Made by a program: the position numbers and the translations under genes. Shown here one piece after another: positions 42,267 through 52,114 of a stretch of 64,000 nt of DNA. The DNA is from an uncultured Planctomycetaceae bacterium (lineage in GTDB: Bacteria; Planctomycetota; Planctomycetia; Planctomycetales; Planctomycetaceae). Every line of letters starts with the position of its first letter. Positions within the stretch are counted from its first letter, which is position 1. The stretch covers positions 224,001 to 288,000 of the forward strand of contig CAWFAK010000012.1 in NCBI GenBank assembly GCA_963813715.1, written 5' to 3'. The notes below the pieces were generated by a model. The model had not been told where the DNA came from and searched no databases. It worked only from the letters and a program-made list of their open reading frames with translations.

Positions 42267-43526
42267 ATGGGGCTCTTCGATTTCTTCTGGCGGCTGTTTT
42301 CCCCGCGTCCCTCTCGACCTGAGCCGCGTGCCCCCCGCGCGGCAAGCGCCGCCGCAAGCCCTGGCTGGTCCCGCTGCGTCGACAAGTCGGCAGCACGACC
42401 TGGGAACTCAATAGCACCGTTCGCACCGCCACGCCGCCCTATGCCTTCGCACGGCTCGGAGTCGGCACCGATCGTTACCTCGACCTGTCGCAGGACGGCA
42501 GCGACGAGCGTCTGGCTCGCCACGCGTTCCCCGTCTTTCGCACGCCCGAGCAATTGGCCGCGTGGCTCGAGCTGCCGATGGGCCGCCTCGCCTGGCTCGT
42601 GCACCGCTATGCGGAAGACTCGCGTCCGCAGAACGAGCGCGACGCGCACTACCACTATCGCTGGATCAGCAAGCGGCGCGGCGGCCGACGCCTGATCGAA
42701 TCGCCCAAGCTCACGCTGAAGACCGCCCAAAAGCGGATCCTCCGCGAGATTCTCAACAAGGTGCCCCCGCACGACGACGGCCCACGGCTTCGCGGCCGGC
42801 CGCTCGATCCTCACCAACGCGCAGCCCCACGTGAAGCAGGCCGTGCTGGTAAAGTTCGACCTGGAAAACTTTTACCCCAGCGTCACCCTCTCCCGCGTGA
42901 CGGCCATCTTTCGCAGCCTGGGCTACAGTCGTGAAGCGTCCATTTGGCTGGCGCGGCTCACGACGTCGGCCCTGCCGGCCAACATGCCCTTCGTGAAGCA
43001 AGAACCTTCGGCCGTGCTGCCCTACCTCAAACGACATCTGCCGCAAGGCGCGCCGACTTCGCCGGCGCTCGCGAACCTGTCGGCCTATTCGCTCGACGTG
43101 CGACTCTCCGGCCTGGCCCGCTCGTTCGGCGCGACCTATACCCGCTATGCCGACGATCTCACTTTTTCCGGACCGCCGCGGTTCGGCACGTCGCTCCGCG
43201 ATTTCATCCCGCTTGTGTCGCAAATCGTGCGGCAGGAGCGGTTCCGTCTGAACGGAGCCAAGCGGAAGGTGCTCCGCTCGAGCGGCCGGCTGGTCGTCAC
43301 GGGGGTCGTGGTCAACGAAAAGCTCAACGTCTCGCGTCGCGAGTTCGACCGGCTGAAGGCCGTGCTGACCAACTGCCTCCGCCAAGGCCCCTCGACGCAG
43401 AACAAAGCCGGCCATCCGCACTTTGCCGCCCATCTACGCGGACGCGTCGCCCAGATGACCCAGCTCAATTCGGCCCGCGGTGCCCGACTCCTGGCGATTT
43501 ACAATCAAATCGATTGGAATCGTTAG
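42267..43526 (+). CDS. Retron-type reverse transcriptase with N-terminal extension; apparent frameshifts near 42340 and 42778
   Basis: 'HY....I.KR.GG.R.IESPK..LK..Q..IL..IL', 'AHGF..GRSI.TNAQPH' (region X NAxxH), 'KFDLENFYPSV', 'LPQGAPTSP.LAN', 'YTRYADDLTFSG', 'VTGVVVN' (region Y VTG). Confidence 0.92.
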
Positions 43527-43544
43527 AAGCTAGGAACGCTTCGC

Positions 43545-44261
43545 ATGCTCCGCGAATTGCTGCTGATCTACATCACTCGTCCGATGGCGCGGCTGATCAT
43601 CCGCATGGGGGCCCTCCCCGCGCTGCGATTCTGCTTTCACCACGTGCGGGCGCTGGAACGACTCAACGACGAGTTGGAGAAGGATCTGGCCGAATGGATC
43701 CGCGGCTCGCTGTTGTTGCTCTTGATCACCGCCAACATGGAAGTGCTGCTCTGGCACAAGCTGATTCCTTACCCCGATTTGCTCGACGCCCACAAATGGT
43801 TCGGCGTCGGCCTGCGGATCATGCTGGCGATCGCCGTCATTCAAATGATGCCCGACCAGGAGCTGTTCACGGTCATTCACCCCGGCCCGCGAATCCCAAA
43901 GTTTCCCCCCTGCACCTCGCTGGCGGAAAAATTGCGGCTGTGCGCGAAGCCGGTGGGTCTCGGCATGTTCTGGCAGCACCTCAGCCGCTCTTCGCCCGTG
44001 TTCGCGATCCTGGCCGTGATCTTCACCGGCTGGATCGGCTGGTTCTGTTATGGCATGGCCTCCCTGCAATACTTGTTCATTGGCCTGGTCACGTCGCGCG
44101 ACCGGGCGATCGATGTGCTCTTGGTCTTCGACGAACAAATGGCCGCCCGCCGACACGAGCTCGTGCGGCAAGTGACCGTGCTCACGGAGTTCACCCGGAA
44201 CGAAGCCGCCTTCGATCAGTCGGAATTGCAGGTCCACAACGACTCGCACTGCGGCGATTAA
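43545..44261 (+). CDS. Uncharacterised multi-pass membrane protein (candidate retron partner)
   Basis: 238 aa, 3-4 hydrophobic segments, AGGA RBS, starts 18 bp after the RT stop. Confidence 0.8.
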   Translation: MLRELLLIYITRPMARLIIRMGALPALRFCFHHVRALERLNDELEKDLAEWIRGSLLLLLITANMEVLLWHKLIPYPDLLDAHKWFGVGLRIMLAIAVIQMMPDQELFTVIHPGPRIPKFPPCTSLAEKLRLCAKPVGLGMFWQHLSRSSPVFAILAVIFTGWIGWFCYGMASLQYLFIGLVTSRDRAIDVLLVFDEQMAARRHELVRQVTVLTEFTRNEAAFDQSELQVHNDSHCGD

Positions 44262-44326
44262 TCTTCACGCGGGCCACCTGCGTAAGCTGGCGGGTGCTTT
44301 CAGAAAGCAGAAAGGTTGTCGAGCGC

Positions 44327-44932
44327 ATGGAAATCGAAGTAGCGGGCTCGCAGCCGGTCGACATCTACCGTTTGCTGATTTCCTGCGTCACGCCACGGCC
44401 CATCGCCTGGGTGACCAGCATCGACCGGGAAGGGCGGGTGAATCTGGCGCCGTTCAGCTTCTTCAACGCGTTCGGCGCGGACCCGCCGGTGGTCGTCTTC
44501 GCTCCGAACCGACGGAGCGACGGCTCGAAAAAGGACACGCTGGCCAACGTCGAAGCGACCGGCGATTTCGTGGTCAATGCGGCCGTCGCCGAGCTGGCGG
44601 AGGAGGTCAATCTGTCGTCCAAGGACTTGCCGCACGGCGAGAGCGAAGTCGAGCTGACCGGCCTGTCGGTGACGCCGTCCCGCAAGGTGAAATCCCCGCG
44701 GCTCGCAGAATCACCTTTGCACATGGAGTGCGTGCTGCGGCAGGTGATCCCGATCGGCGACCGCCAGTTGTCGGCCAACCTGGTGATCGGCGAGATCGTG
44801 CTCTTTCACGTCGACGACCGCCTGCTCGACGCCAACGGCCGCATCGACCCGCGCAAGATCAAAACGTTCGCCCGCCTCGGCGGCAACTACTACTGCCACA
44901 CAAGCGATCTGTTCGAGATGAAACGGCCTTGA
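44327..44932 (+). CDS. Flavin reductase family (FMN-binding split barrel) protein
   Basis: 'Y.LL...V.PRPIAWVTS....G.VNLAPFSFFN', 'KDTL.NV..TG.FVVN', 'RLGG..Y'. Confidence 0.93.
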   Translation: MEIEVAGSQPVDIYRLLISCVTPRPIAWVTSIDREGRVNLAPFSFFNAFGADPPVVVFAPNRRSDGSKKDTLANVEATGDFVVNAAVAELAEEVNLSSKDLPHGESEVELTGLSVTPSRKVKSPRLAESPLHMECVLRQVIPIGDRQLSANLVIGEIVLFHVDDRLLDANGRIDPRKIKTFARLGGNYYCHTSDLFEMKRP

Positions 44933-44965
44933 CTGCAACTGGCCGTTCGCTCGCAGGCCCGCGGG

Positions 44966-45418
44966 TCATGACAGCCTGAGTTGCATCGTCTCGTTTTTGT
45001 GCGACGAGAATCCCAATCGCTCGTAGAGCTGTCTGGCTCGGGCGTTCCTGGGCGTCACCTCGAGTCGCACGGCGACGGCTTCGTTCCATTCGTTGTCGAT
45101 CAAGTGCCGGACAAAATCGGCGCCGATTCCTTGCCCGCGGCAGGGCGGAGCGACGTACAACTCATCGATGATGAGCACGTTGCCGCCGCACTCGTTGCTC
45201 CAGAAGTTGATGAGGACCGCGTAGCCGACGATCTGGCCATCCCGGTCGATTACTAAGATCGCACCCTTCTCGGGGTGTGCTGCGAGTTCATGCAGAGTGC
45301 GCGAGAAGTTCTCGTCCGGCACCGGCCGCTCCGCCGGATCTTCTTCGTAGAGTTGTCGCATGAGTCCCACGAGAGCCGCGTGATCGGTGTGAGCGACATT
45401 TCGATACTGAATCGGCAT
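44966..45418 (-). CDS. GNAT family N-acetyltransferase
   Basis: 'IDELYV.P..RGQGIG', 'LEV...N.RA..LYERLGF'. Confidence 0.92.
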   Translation of the reverse strand: MPIQYRNVAHTDHAALVGLMRQLYEEDPAERPVPDENFSRTLHELAAHPEKGAILVIDRDGQIVGYAVLINFWSNECGGNVLIIDELYVAPPCRGQGIGADFVRHLIDNEWNEAVAVRLEVTPRNARARQLYERLGFSSHKNETMQLRLS

Positions 45419-45450
45419 TTGCAGGTGCGAAACTCGCGGATTGAAGAAAA

Positions 45451-45485
45451 CGAAGACACTGGCGGACGAGCCGCCAGTGCCACCC
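45451..45485. repeat. REP copy CACTGGCGGACGAGCCGCCAGTGCCACCC
   Basis: Near-identical to 41171-41199. Confidence 0.85.
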
Positions 45486-45496
45486 GACGCCTGCCG

Positions 45497-46708
45497 CTAC
45501 GAGTTCTTCTTCGCGGGCGACTTAGCCTTGTCGCGGGCCAGCTTCAGTTTCTTCTGCGCTTGTTCATTCTGCGGATCGGCGGCCGCCCATTTCTCCAAGA
45601 GCGGCAGCGCCTTGTCGTATTCGCCTTTCTCGAAATAGGCATCGGCCAGGCCGACTGTGCCGGCGTGTACTCCGGGGATTTTCTCCACCATCTCTTTCCA
45701 GATCTTGATCGCGCCGTCGGTGTCGCCCTTGGCGGAGAGCACGCGGGCCAGGCCGTTCATCGCCCCGGCGGCGCCGGGTTCCGCGGCGATGGCTCGCTCA
45801 AAATACGGTTTGGCGCCGTCCAAGTCTCCCTCAGTCAGCAGGCACCAGCCCATGCCATTGAGAGCGTTGGCGTCTTTGGGATTCTTGGTCACCAGCGGGT
45901 TCAAGATGGCCTTCGCCTCGGCATGGCGTCCCTGGTTGATCAAGGCCCACGCGCGGCCGACCTCCGCCTGCGCGGGACTCGGCTCGATTTGCTCAAGCAG
46001 TTCCGCGGTAAGTTTCTTGGCTTGCGCCGCTTTCAGCATCTCCTGCACGGAAGGATCGGTCTCGCCTTCGGCCAGGATCTTTTTCGCGTACTTCTCGGCT
46101 TGATCGTACTTGCCGGTGAGCAGGTACAGCTTCGCCAAACCGTACCAGGCGGCCGAGGCCTGCGGCGCGGCTTTGAGCAGATATTCCTCGGCCTCGCGGT
46201 AGTTGCGTTGCGACAGCGCGATCTGCCCCAGGCCGTTCAGCGCGGCCGGATGCTTGGGCTCGAGGGCAATCACTTTCTTGAAAGCCGTTTGGGCCGCGTC
46301 CGCTTTGCCGCTGTTGAAACTGGCCCAGCCGAGGCCGTTCCACGCGGCGGCGTTCTTGGGATCGAGCTTGACCGCCGCCTCGAACTTTTCGATCGCCGGC
46401 TTGAGTTCTTGCTTTTGCCACAGCTGCCAGCCTTCGGCCGACAGTGCGGCGGCTTTCTCTTCGGAGTCGCCTGCAACGGCGGTCGAGTCGAGCCGCACCG
46501 CGACAGTCGACGAAACCACAATCGCCGCCACCACCAGGGCCAGGACGGCAAAACCGGCGCCGAGCAAAATCTTGCGACGTAAACGTCGGCGGTCTTCACT
46601 CTTGAGCGAAGAGACGAGCAGATCGTCGGCTCGCCGCACGGCATCGTCGAGACGCGCCTGTTCGAGGTTCGATTCCGAGTACGGAGGATTCGAGTTGTGT
46701 GCCGACAT
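45497..46708 (-). CDS. Membrane-anchored TPR protein
   Basis: Short cytoplasmic N-terminus, one TM, repeated 'A..LDP....A.NGLG' TPRs. Confidence 0.9.
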   Translation of the reverse strand: MSAHNSNPPYSESNLEQARLDDAVRRADDLLVSSLKSEDRRRLRRKILLGAGFAVLALVVAAIVVSSTVAVRLDSTAVAGDSEEKAAALSAEGWQLWQKQELKPAIEKFEAAVKLDPKNAAAWNGLGWASFNSGKADAAQTAFKKVIALEPKHPAALNGLGQIALSQRNYREAEEYLLKAAPQASAAWYGLAKLYLLTGKYDQAEKYAKKILAEGETDPSVQEMLKAAQAKKLTAELLEQIEPSPAQAEVGRAWALINQGRHAEAKAILNPLVTKNPKDANALNGMGWCLLTEGDLDGAKPYFERAIAAEPGAAGAMNGLARVLSAKGDTDGAIKIWKEMVEKIPGVHAGTVGLADAYFEKGEYDKALPLLEKWAAADPQNEQAQKKLKLARDKAKSPAKKNS

Positions 46709-46787
46709 GATTCTTCTTCCTTTGGACCACCGCGAAGAACGGCGATCGTCATTGCGAGAATCAGACGCGAGTGATTGGAACGGACTC

Positions 46788-47195
46788 TTAGATTCGTTTA
46801 ATCAGCCGGGCCGCGCTCTCGGCGGTGGTCTTTCCCGGTTCGATGGCGTCGAGCAGGTTGCCGCGGACGCGTTGTGTTTTCGCGATCTCGCCGCGAAGGG
46901 CCTCGATCACCTTGTCGAGCCGCGAACGAATCGTCGGATACGAAACGCCGACTTGCTCGGCAATCTCCTTGAGGTTGCCGCCGGCCAGCAAAAACATCTC
47001 GATGAATCGCTGGTGCTCGACCGGCAGGCCGGCAATGCGCGACATGGGAAACTCGGCCGTGATCGACACCCGGCACCCGCCGCAGGTCATCTGCGTCACC
47101 GCCATGGGCGTGCCGCAGTAAGGACATTCGTTGCTGACGCTGGAGTGGGGGAGGGATTCAGTCACGGCTTTGTTTCTCGCACCCAGATTATCCAA
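46788..47195 (-). CDS. DUF2089 family zinc-ribbon/HTH protein
   Basis: CPYC..C..C; 'FI..F....GNLKE.....GVSYPTIRSRLD..I'. Confidence 0.9.
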   Translation of the reverse strand: MDNLGARNKAVTESLPHSSVSNECPYCGTPMAVTQMTCGGCRVSITAEFPMSRIAGLPVEHQRFIEMFLLAGGNLKEIAEQVGVSYPTIRSRLDKVIEALRGEIAKTQRVRGNLLDAIEPGKTTAESAARLIKRI

Positions 47196-47370
47196 TAACT
47201 CAATAAAATCAATATTAAATCAGTAATTTTTTCGTTTTATCAACAACAGCCTCCGGCGCCGGGCGGTCACTGCCGACTTGACGCCGTCCTCCGAGCGACT
47301 TGAAATCAACTCTCCGTGATTACCCCCCGCCCCGGCCGCACGCAGCACGTTGCAATAAGGTCTCGCCTCC

Positions 47371-48471
47371 ATGAAAGCCGTTGCCGTTCGTCCCGGCAGA
47401 AAAAATAGCGTCCATCTCACCGACGTGCCGATGCCGCGGTTGGATGATGTGCCGGGCGGGCGCGGCGTGTTGGTCAAGGTGCTGAGGATCGGCGTGGACG
47501 CCACCGATCGCGAGATCAACGAGGCCCTCTACGGCAACGCGCCGCCGGGCGATGACTTTTTGGTGCTGGGGCACGAGTCGTTTGGCCGCGTCGAGGCGGT
47601 CGGCCCCAAGGTCACTCATGTAAAGCCGGGCGACTACGTCACCTGCACCGTGCGGCGGCCCGGCCATTCGATCTTCGACCAGATCGGCCGCTCCGACATT
47701 ACCAGCGAGGAGATTTACTACGAGCGGGGCATCAATCTGCTGCACGGTTTTATGACCGAGTATTACGTCGACGATTGCCAGTTCGTGGTGCGGATGCCCG
47801 TCGGGCTCAAGCATCTGCACATTCTGGCCGAGCCGATGAGCTGCGCCGCCAAGGCCGTGCAACAAGCGTACGAAGCCCAGCGCCGCCTGCAGGTGTGGGA
47901 GCCCAAGCGGGCCTTCGTCACCGGCGCCGGTCAGATCGGCCTGCTGTCGACGCTGATCCTGCGGCTGCGGGGGCTCGAGGTCTACACGGTCGCCCGCACG
48001 CCCCAGCCGTGCCGAAAGGCCGAAATTGCCGAGGGATTCGGCGCGCACTACATCAGCACGCGGGAGACGCCGCTCGCCCAGCTGGTGGAGCGCGTAGGCA
48101 AGCCCGACTTGATCATCGAGGCCACGGGCAGCAGCGCGGTCGCCTTCCAGGCGATGGAAATCATCGGGCACAACGGGGTCGTCGTTTGGACAAGCATCAC
48201 CGGCGGCCAGCGGTCGATCGAGATCCCGGCCGACAAGGTGAACCTGAACTGGGTCCTGGGCAACAAGCTGCTCGTCGGCTCGGTGAACGCGAATTTTCGC
48301 CACTTCGAGATGGGGATCGCCGACCTGGCACTGGGCGAAATGACCTATCCCGGCGTGATCGAGCGGATTTTGACGAACCCCGTCGACGGCCTCGAGAATT
48401 ACCACGAGATGATGCGGCTGCTGATGGAGGAGCAGGCGCTCAAGGTGTTCGTCAACGTGGCCGAAGCCTGA
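47371..48471 (+). CDS. Zn-dependent glucose 1-dehydrogenase-like MDR enzyme
   Basis: 'GVDATDREI....YG..P.G...LVLGHES.G', 'VRRP', 'ERGI...HGFM.EY', 'GAG.IGLL', 'GSVNA'. Confidence 0.88.
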   Translation: MKAVAVRPGRKNSVHLTDVPMPRLDDVPGGRGVLVKVLRIGVDATDREINEALYGNAPPGDDFLVLGHESFGRVEAVGPKVTHVKPGDYVTCTVRRPGHSIFDQIGRSDITSEEIYYERGINLLHGFMTEYYVDDCQFVVRMPVGLKHLHILAEPMSCAAKAVQQAYEAQRRLQVWEPKRAFVTGAGQIGLLSTLILRLRGLEVYTVARTPQPCRKAEIAEGFGAHYISTRETPLAQLVERVGKPDLIIEATGSSAVAFQAMEIIGHNGVVVWTSITGGQRSIEIPADKVNLNWVLGNKLLVGSVNANFRHFEMGIADLALGEMTYPGVIERILTNPVDGLENYHEMMRLLMEEQALKVFVNVAEA

Positions 48472-48498
48472 CGCGAGCGCCGCAGCCGGGCACAAGCG

Positions 48499-48636
48499 TC
48501 ACTCGTCCTTGAAGTGCTCCTGCGCGTTTTTGGGAATCCGCGCCAGGCGAATTCGCCAGTAGATCCCGGCCGCCAGCAGCAAAACGACGATCGCGATCAT
48601 TCCCAGTTCGATGGGTCCCAAGTCTCCGATATGCAT
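48499..48636 (-). CDS. Small single-TM hypothetical protein
   Basis: GGAGG RBS; MHIGDLGPIELGMIAIVVLLLAAGIYWR... Confidence 0.6.
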   Translation of the reverse strand: MHIGDLGPIELGMIAIVVLLLAAGIYWRIRLARIPKNAQEHFKDE

Positions 48637-48711
48637 GGCCGCCTCCCTATAACCGAGTGAGCCAGTGCACGTTGGACCTGGCCCGCTCAGTATAACGCCG
48701 GGCACGCCGCG

Positions 48712-49503
48712 TTAGATCACAAAGTCGGTCCGGCGGCCGAGAATGCGGTCGATCAGGTCCTGCGAGAGGTCGATCGCGACGGCCGTGTCGCGGCTGAAAT
48801 CGGTCGGATTGATGCCGCAATAGACGGACCACGGGCCCAGATGTCTCCACCGGCCGGCGCGGTGGGGTTCGCTGGGCAGCACGGGGGTCGTGCAGCGGTT
48901 GCAACCGATGGTCGAGTACCCCTGAGCATGTAGCGGATTGACGATCACCCGGTGCCGGGCGACATATTCTTCCATCTGCGCGTCGGTCAGGTTGACGAGC
49001 GGATTGATCCGCAGGCAGTTCATCTCGGGATCGACGGCCAGAATGGGGCAGGCTTCGCGCTGGCCGCCTTCGCCACGCCGCAAGCCGCCCAACAGCGCGT
49101 CGAATTGGCCTTTGACCGTAAGTAGCGGCTCGTTCTTGCGCATGTGGCAGCATTGCTGCTGCCCCTCGGTCGACAGGTACAGCACGCCGTATTGCGCCGT
49201 CTGCTCGGCCATCGACTGGCGGGGCTTGAGCGTGACGACCTCCATGCCGTATTCCCGGGCGATGCGGTCCCGCGTCTCGAGGGTCTCCTCGAACATCACT
49301 CCCGTGTCGACAAACACGACCTTCATCGACGAGCCCAGCTCGTGCAGCATGTGGCACATGACGCTGCCCGCTTTTTGCATGGCCGACAGGGCGGCTACGC
49401 GGGTGCCGAAGACGTCGCAGGTCCAGCGGATCAATTCCTGCGGTGTGCGCTCCTCGAAGGTCTGGTTAATCTCAATGAGGTCCGCTTGCGTAAACCTCGC
49501 CAT
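48712..49503 (-). CDS. cysH: (P)APS reductase, Fe-S (APS-type) motif set
   Basis: 'VFVDTG..FEETL', 'CCHMRK.EPL', 'GLRR', 'NPL..QGY.TIGC..CT', 'RAGRW', 'CGI'. Confidence 0.88.
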   Translation of the reverse strand: MARFTQADLIEINQTFEERTPQELIRWTCDVFGTRVAALSAMQKAGSVMCHMLHELGSSMKVVFVDTGVMFEETLETRDRIAREYGMEVVTLKPRQSMAEQTAQYGVLYLSTEGQQQCCHMRKNEPLLTVKGQFDALLGGLRRGEGGQREACPILAVDPEMNCLRINPLVNLTDAQMEEYVARHRVIVNPLHAQGYSTIGCNRCTTPVLPSEPHRAGRWRHLGPWSVYCGINPTDFSRDTAVAIDLSQDLIDRILGRRTDFVI

Positions 49504-49930
49504 CCGAACCTTTCCAAATTCACAAAAATCGACTGAACGGCCTACTGGCGGCCTCATTGTAGAACGTACGAGTTATTGCTGTCACCTCCGTTGCCGGAGA
49601 CTCATCGATTGCGGTGCGTCCCCAGCTGAGGGAGAAAGAATTTGGCACTAAGTGCCGTCTGCGATGAGAATTAGGAGCGGGCGGCGGCCCACGGCGGCGT
49701 GGGAAACCGGTGGCCGAGCGGGGAACGCGGGAACCGATCGACCAGGCCGCCGGCCGCCGGGTCGGCCCGCGGACGAACCGTTCGCACACGGATGACATTC
49801 AGCCGCGCGGGGGCCTAGAATAGCCGTTTCGCGGGGTGCACGTCCTCATCATCGCCGTTCATCCGCATTCGTTTGAGCCGTACCGAAACCAGTCAGCCGA
49901 ACGATCGGCACACACAATCGAGGTTGTCCG

Positions 49931-52114
49931 ATGAATCGCCCGCTTTGGGGGATTTTGTTGTTGCTCAGCATGCTGGCGGTCGTGTCGGGCTGCTCGTCCG
50001 ACTCGAAGTCGGAGCCGGGCGCGAAGACCGATCCTGCCTCTCCCGACGCTGCCACAGCCGCGGCCGGCGGCGCCCCTGCCGGCGGCAACCCGCTGGGGGC
50101 CGGTCGTTTGCTCTCCGACAACGTGAGCAAGAAACCGTCGCTTGAGGGCAAGTGGATCCTGTTGTTCTTCGAGCGGATGTCGGGCGTGGAAGTGCCGGCC
50201 GCCCTGTTGGACATCTCCAAGGGGTCCAACGGCAAGCTGAAGCCGATCGTCAAAGGTTACGGCAAGATGCTGACGAACCCGCGTTTGCGCCGGGCCGAGG
50301 CCACCGATAAAACGCTGCACATGGCGCTCGAGATGACCGTCGCCACGGTGGGGCCCAATCGCCAGCCGACGCATGATACGAAACTGCTCGACATCCAGAT
50401 CGATCTGCAGAACGGCTTGGCTCGCGGCAGCGCCCAGTTCGAGCCGATGGACGCCTTTGCCGTAATGCTCGTCCCGACCGAGCTCGACAACATTCAGAGC
50501 TTGACCCCGGTGCAGTTGCCCGAATCGGCCGATCTGCAGTCAAGCAAGGAGGCAACGCCCGAGCAGGCCATGGAGCAGCTCTACTCGTTCGTTCACGCGC
50601 ATCCCGACAGCCCGCTCACGCTCGAGATGTATCCCTACGTCTTCCGGGGCGCGCCGGCCAAGAAGCTGGACGAAGCCGCCATTAACGCCGAGGCCGACAA
50701 GTACGCGGAATTGGCGCAGCGCTGGTCGCCGCGGCTGGGCTTCAAGTCGCGGATCGACGTGGCCGCCGCGCTGATTCCCACCGGCTACATGCCCAAGGCC
50801 TCGCTCAAGCAGATCGAAATCGCCCAGAAAAATCTGACGGAGGAACGCATTCCGGTCTGGAAGCAGCTGCTGGGCGACATGAAGGACGCCGTCCTGTCCA
50901 ACCTGGCTCTCACCCAGATTCAAAACGGCACGCCGGAAGAAAAAACGAAGGCCGCCCAAACGCTCCGCGAGCGGCTCAAGCTGCAGCCGTTTAACCCCAT
51001 CGCCTTGTACGAGCTGGCCCGCTACGACGAACAGCAGGGCAAGAAGCAAGAGGCGCTCCGCGGGTATGCCGAAGTCGCGGTGCTGCCGATGTTCGACGTC
51101 ATGCTCGACACGATGTGGAAGCAGGACCAGTCGCAACACGATCCTCCCAAGCAGACGGCCGAAACGCTCTGGAAGGGGCTGCACGGCGGCAAGCTCGACG
51201 GCTTCGACGCCTACCTCGACAAGGTCTACGCGGAGGCGATGCCCAAGGGCAAAGGCAAGAAAGTCGAGCCTCGCTCGAAGCAGACCGACAACCGCGTCGT
51301 GTTGTGCGAGCTCTTCACGGGAGCCGATTGCGGCCCCTGCGTGGCGGCCGACGTCGCCTTCTCAGAATTGGTGAAGAACTACGCGCCCAGCGAAGTGGTC
51401 GCGCTGGAATATCACGAGCACATTCCCCACCCGGATGCGCTCGCCAACAGCGATACCGAGCAGCGGTTCCAGTTCTATTTCCCGGAACGCGGCGGCACGC
51501 CGACGTTCGTGATCTCGGGCAAGCCCGTGCAGGTGGGCGGCTATTTGCACCAAGCAGAGGAGGTCTACTCCACGCTCCACGGGCAGGTCGACCTGATGCT
51601 GCTGCGAAAGACCACCGTCCGCATCGACCTCAAGGCTCAGCCCAAGGACGGAGCGGTCGCCGTGACGGCCGAAGCGAACGGCTCCTTCGCCGCGACCGAC
51701 CCGGTTCGTCTGCGGCTCGTGCTGGCCGAGGAGCGCGTCGGTCTGCGGGGATCCAACGGCGTCCGCGAGCACGACATGGTGGTTCGCGCGATGCCGGGAG
51801 GCACCTCGGGCATCGAGCTCAAGGACGGCAAGCTCCGTTACGAGGGAAAGATCGACATCAGCAAGATCAAGCGCGAGCTCGACGATTACCTGCGGGCTTA
51901 CGAAGAGGCGAACAAGACCACATTCCCCCTCAAGCCGCTCGATCTGTCGCACCTGCGCCTCGTGGCCTTCGTGCAGAATGACCAGACGAAAGAGGTCTAC
52001 CAGGCCGCCTCGATCCCATTCCCGACCGGGTCGGCTCCCGCAGCGGGGAAGGCGCAGGCCTCGGCCGAAAAGACGAAAGGCGCGGCTCCCGCCGTCAGCA
52101 AGGCCTCACCGTGA
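49931..52114 (+). CDS. Lipoprotein with TPR-like region and thioredoxin-like CGPC domain
   Basis: Lipobox VSGC; 'VVLCELFTG.DCGPCVAAD.A', 'LEYH.HIP.PD.L', 'GTPT', 'LVAFVQ...TKEV.QA'. Confidence 0.82.
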   Translation: MNRPLWGILLLLSMLAVVSGCSSDSKSEPGAKTDPASPDAATAAAGGAPAGGNPLGAGRLLSDNVSKKPSLEGKWILLFFERMSGVEVPAALLDISKGSNGKLKPIVKGYGKMLTNPRLRRAEATDKTLHMALEMTVATVGPNRQPTHDTKLLDIQIDLQNGLARGSAQFEPMDAFAVMLVPTELDNIQSLTPVQLPESADLQSSKEATPEQAMEQLYSFVHAHPDSPLTLEMYPYVFRGAPAKKLDEAAINAEADKYAELAQRWSPRLGFKSRIDVAAALIPTGYMPKASLKQIEIAQKNLTEERIPVWKQLLGDMKDAVLSNLALTQIQNGTPEEKTKAAQTLRERLKLQPFNPIALYELARYDEQQGKKQEALRGYAEVAVLPMFDVMLDTMWKQDQSQHDPPKQTAETLWKGLHGGKLDGFDAYLDKVYAEAMPKGKGKKVEPRSKQTDNRVVLCELFTGADCGPCVAADVAFSELVKNYAPSEVVALEYHEHIPHPDALANSDTEQRFQFYFPERGGTPTFVISGKPVQVGGYLHQAEEVYSTLHGQVDLMLLRKTTVRIDLKAQPKDGAVAVTAEANGSFAATDPVRLRLVLAEERVGLRGSNGVREHDMVVRAMPGGTSGIELKDGKLRYEGKIDISKIKRELDDYLRAYEEANKTTFPLKPLDLSHLRLVAFVQNDQTKEVYQAASIPFPTGSAPAAGKAQASAEKTKGAAPAVSKASP

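Noticed and set aside
42267..43526. RT as group II intron or CRISPR-associated RT
   Set aside because: No room for an intron RNA, no recognisable domain V, no maturase/Cas1 domain and no cas genes; NAxxH and VTG indicate a retron
42944..44932. 662-aa ORF as a real fusion to flavin reductase
   Set aside because: The first ~460 aa are an Arg/Ala/Pro-rich off-frame overlap of the RT and membrane genes; only 44327-44932 is protein-like
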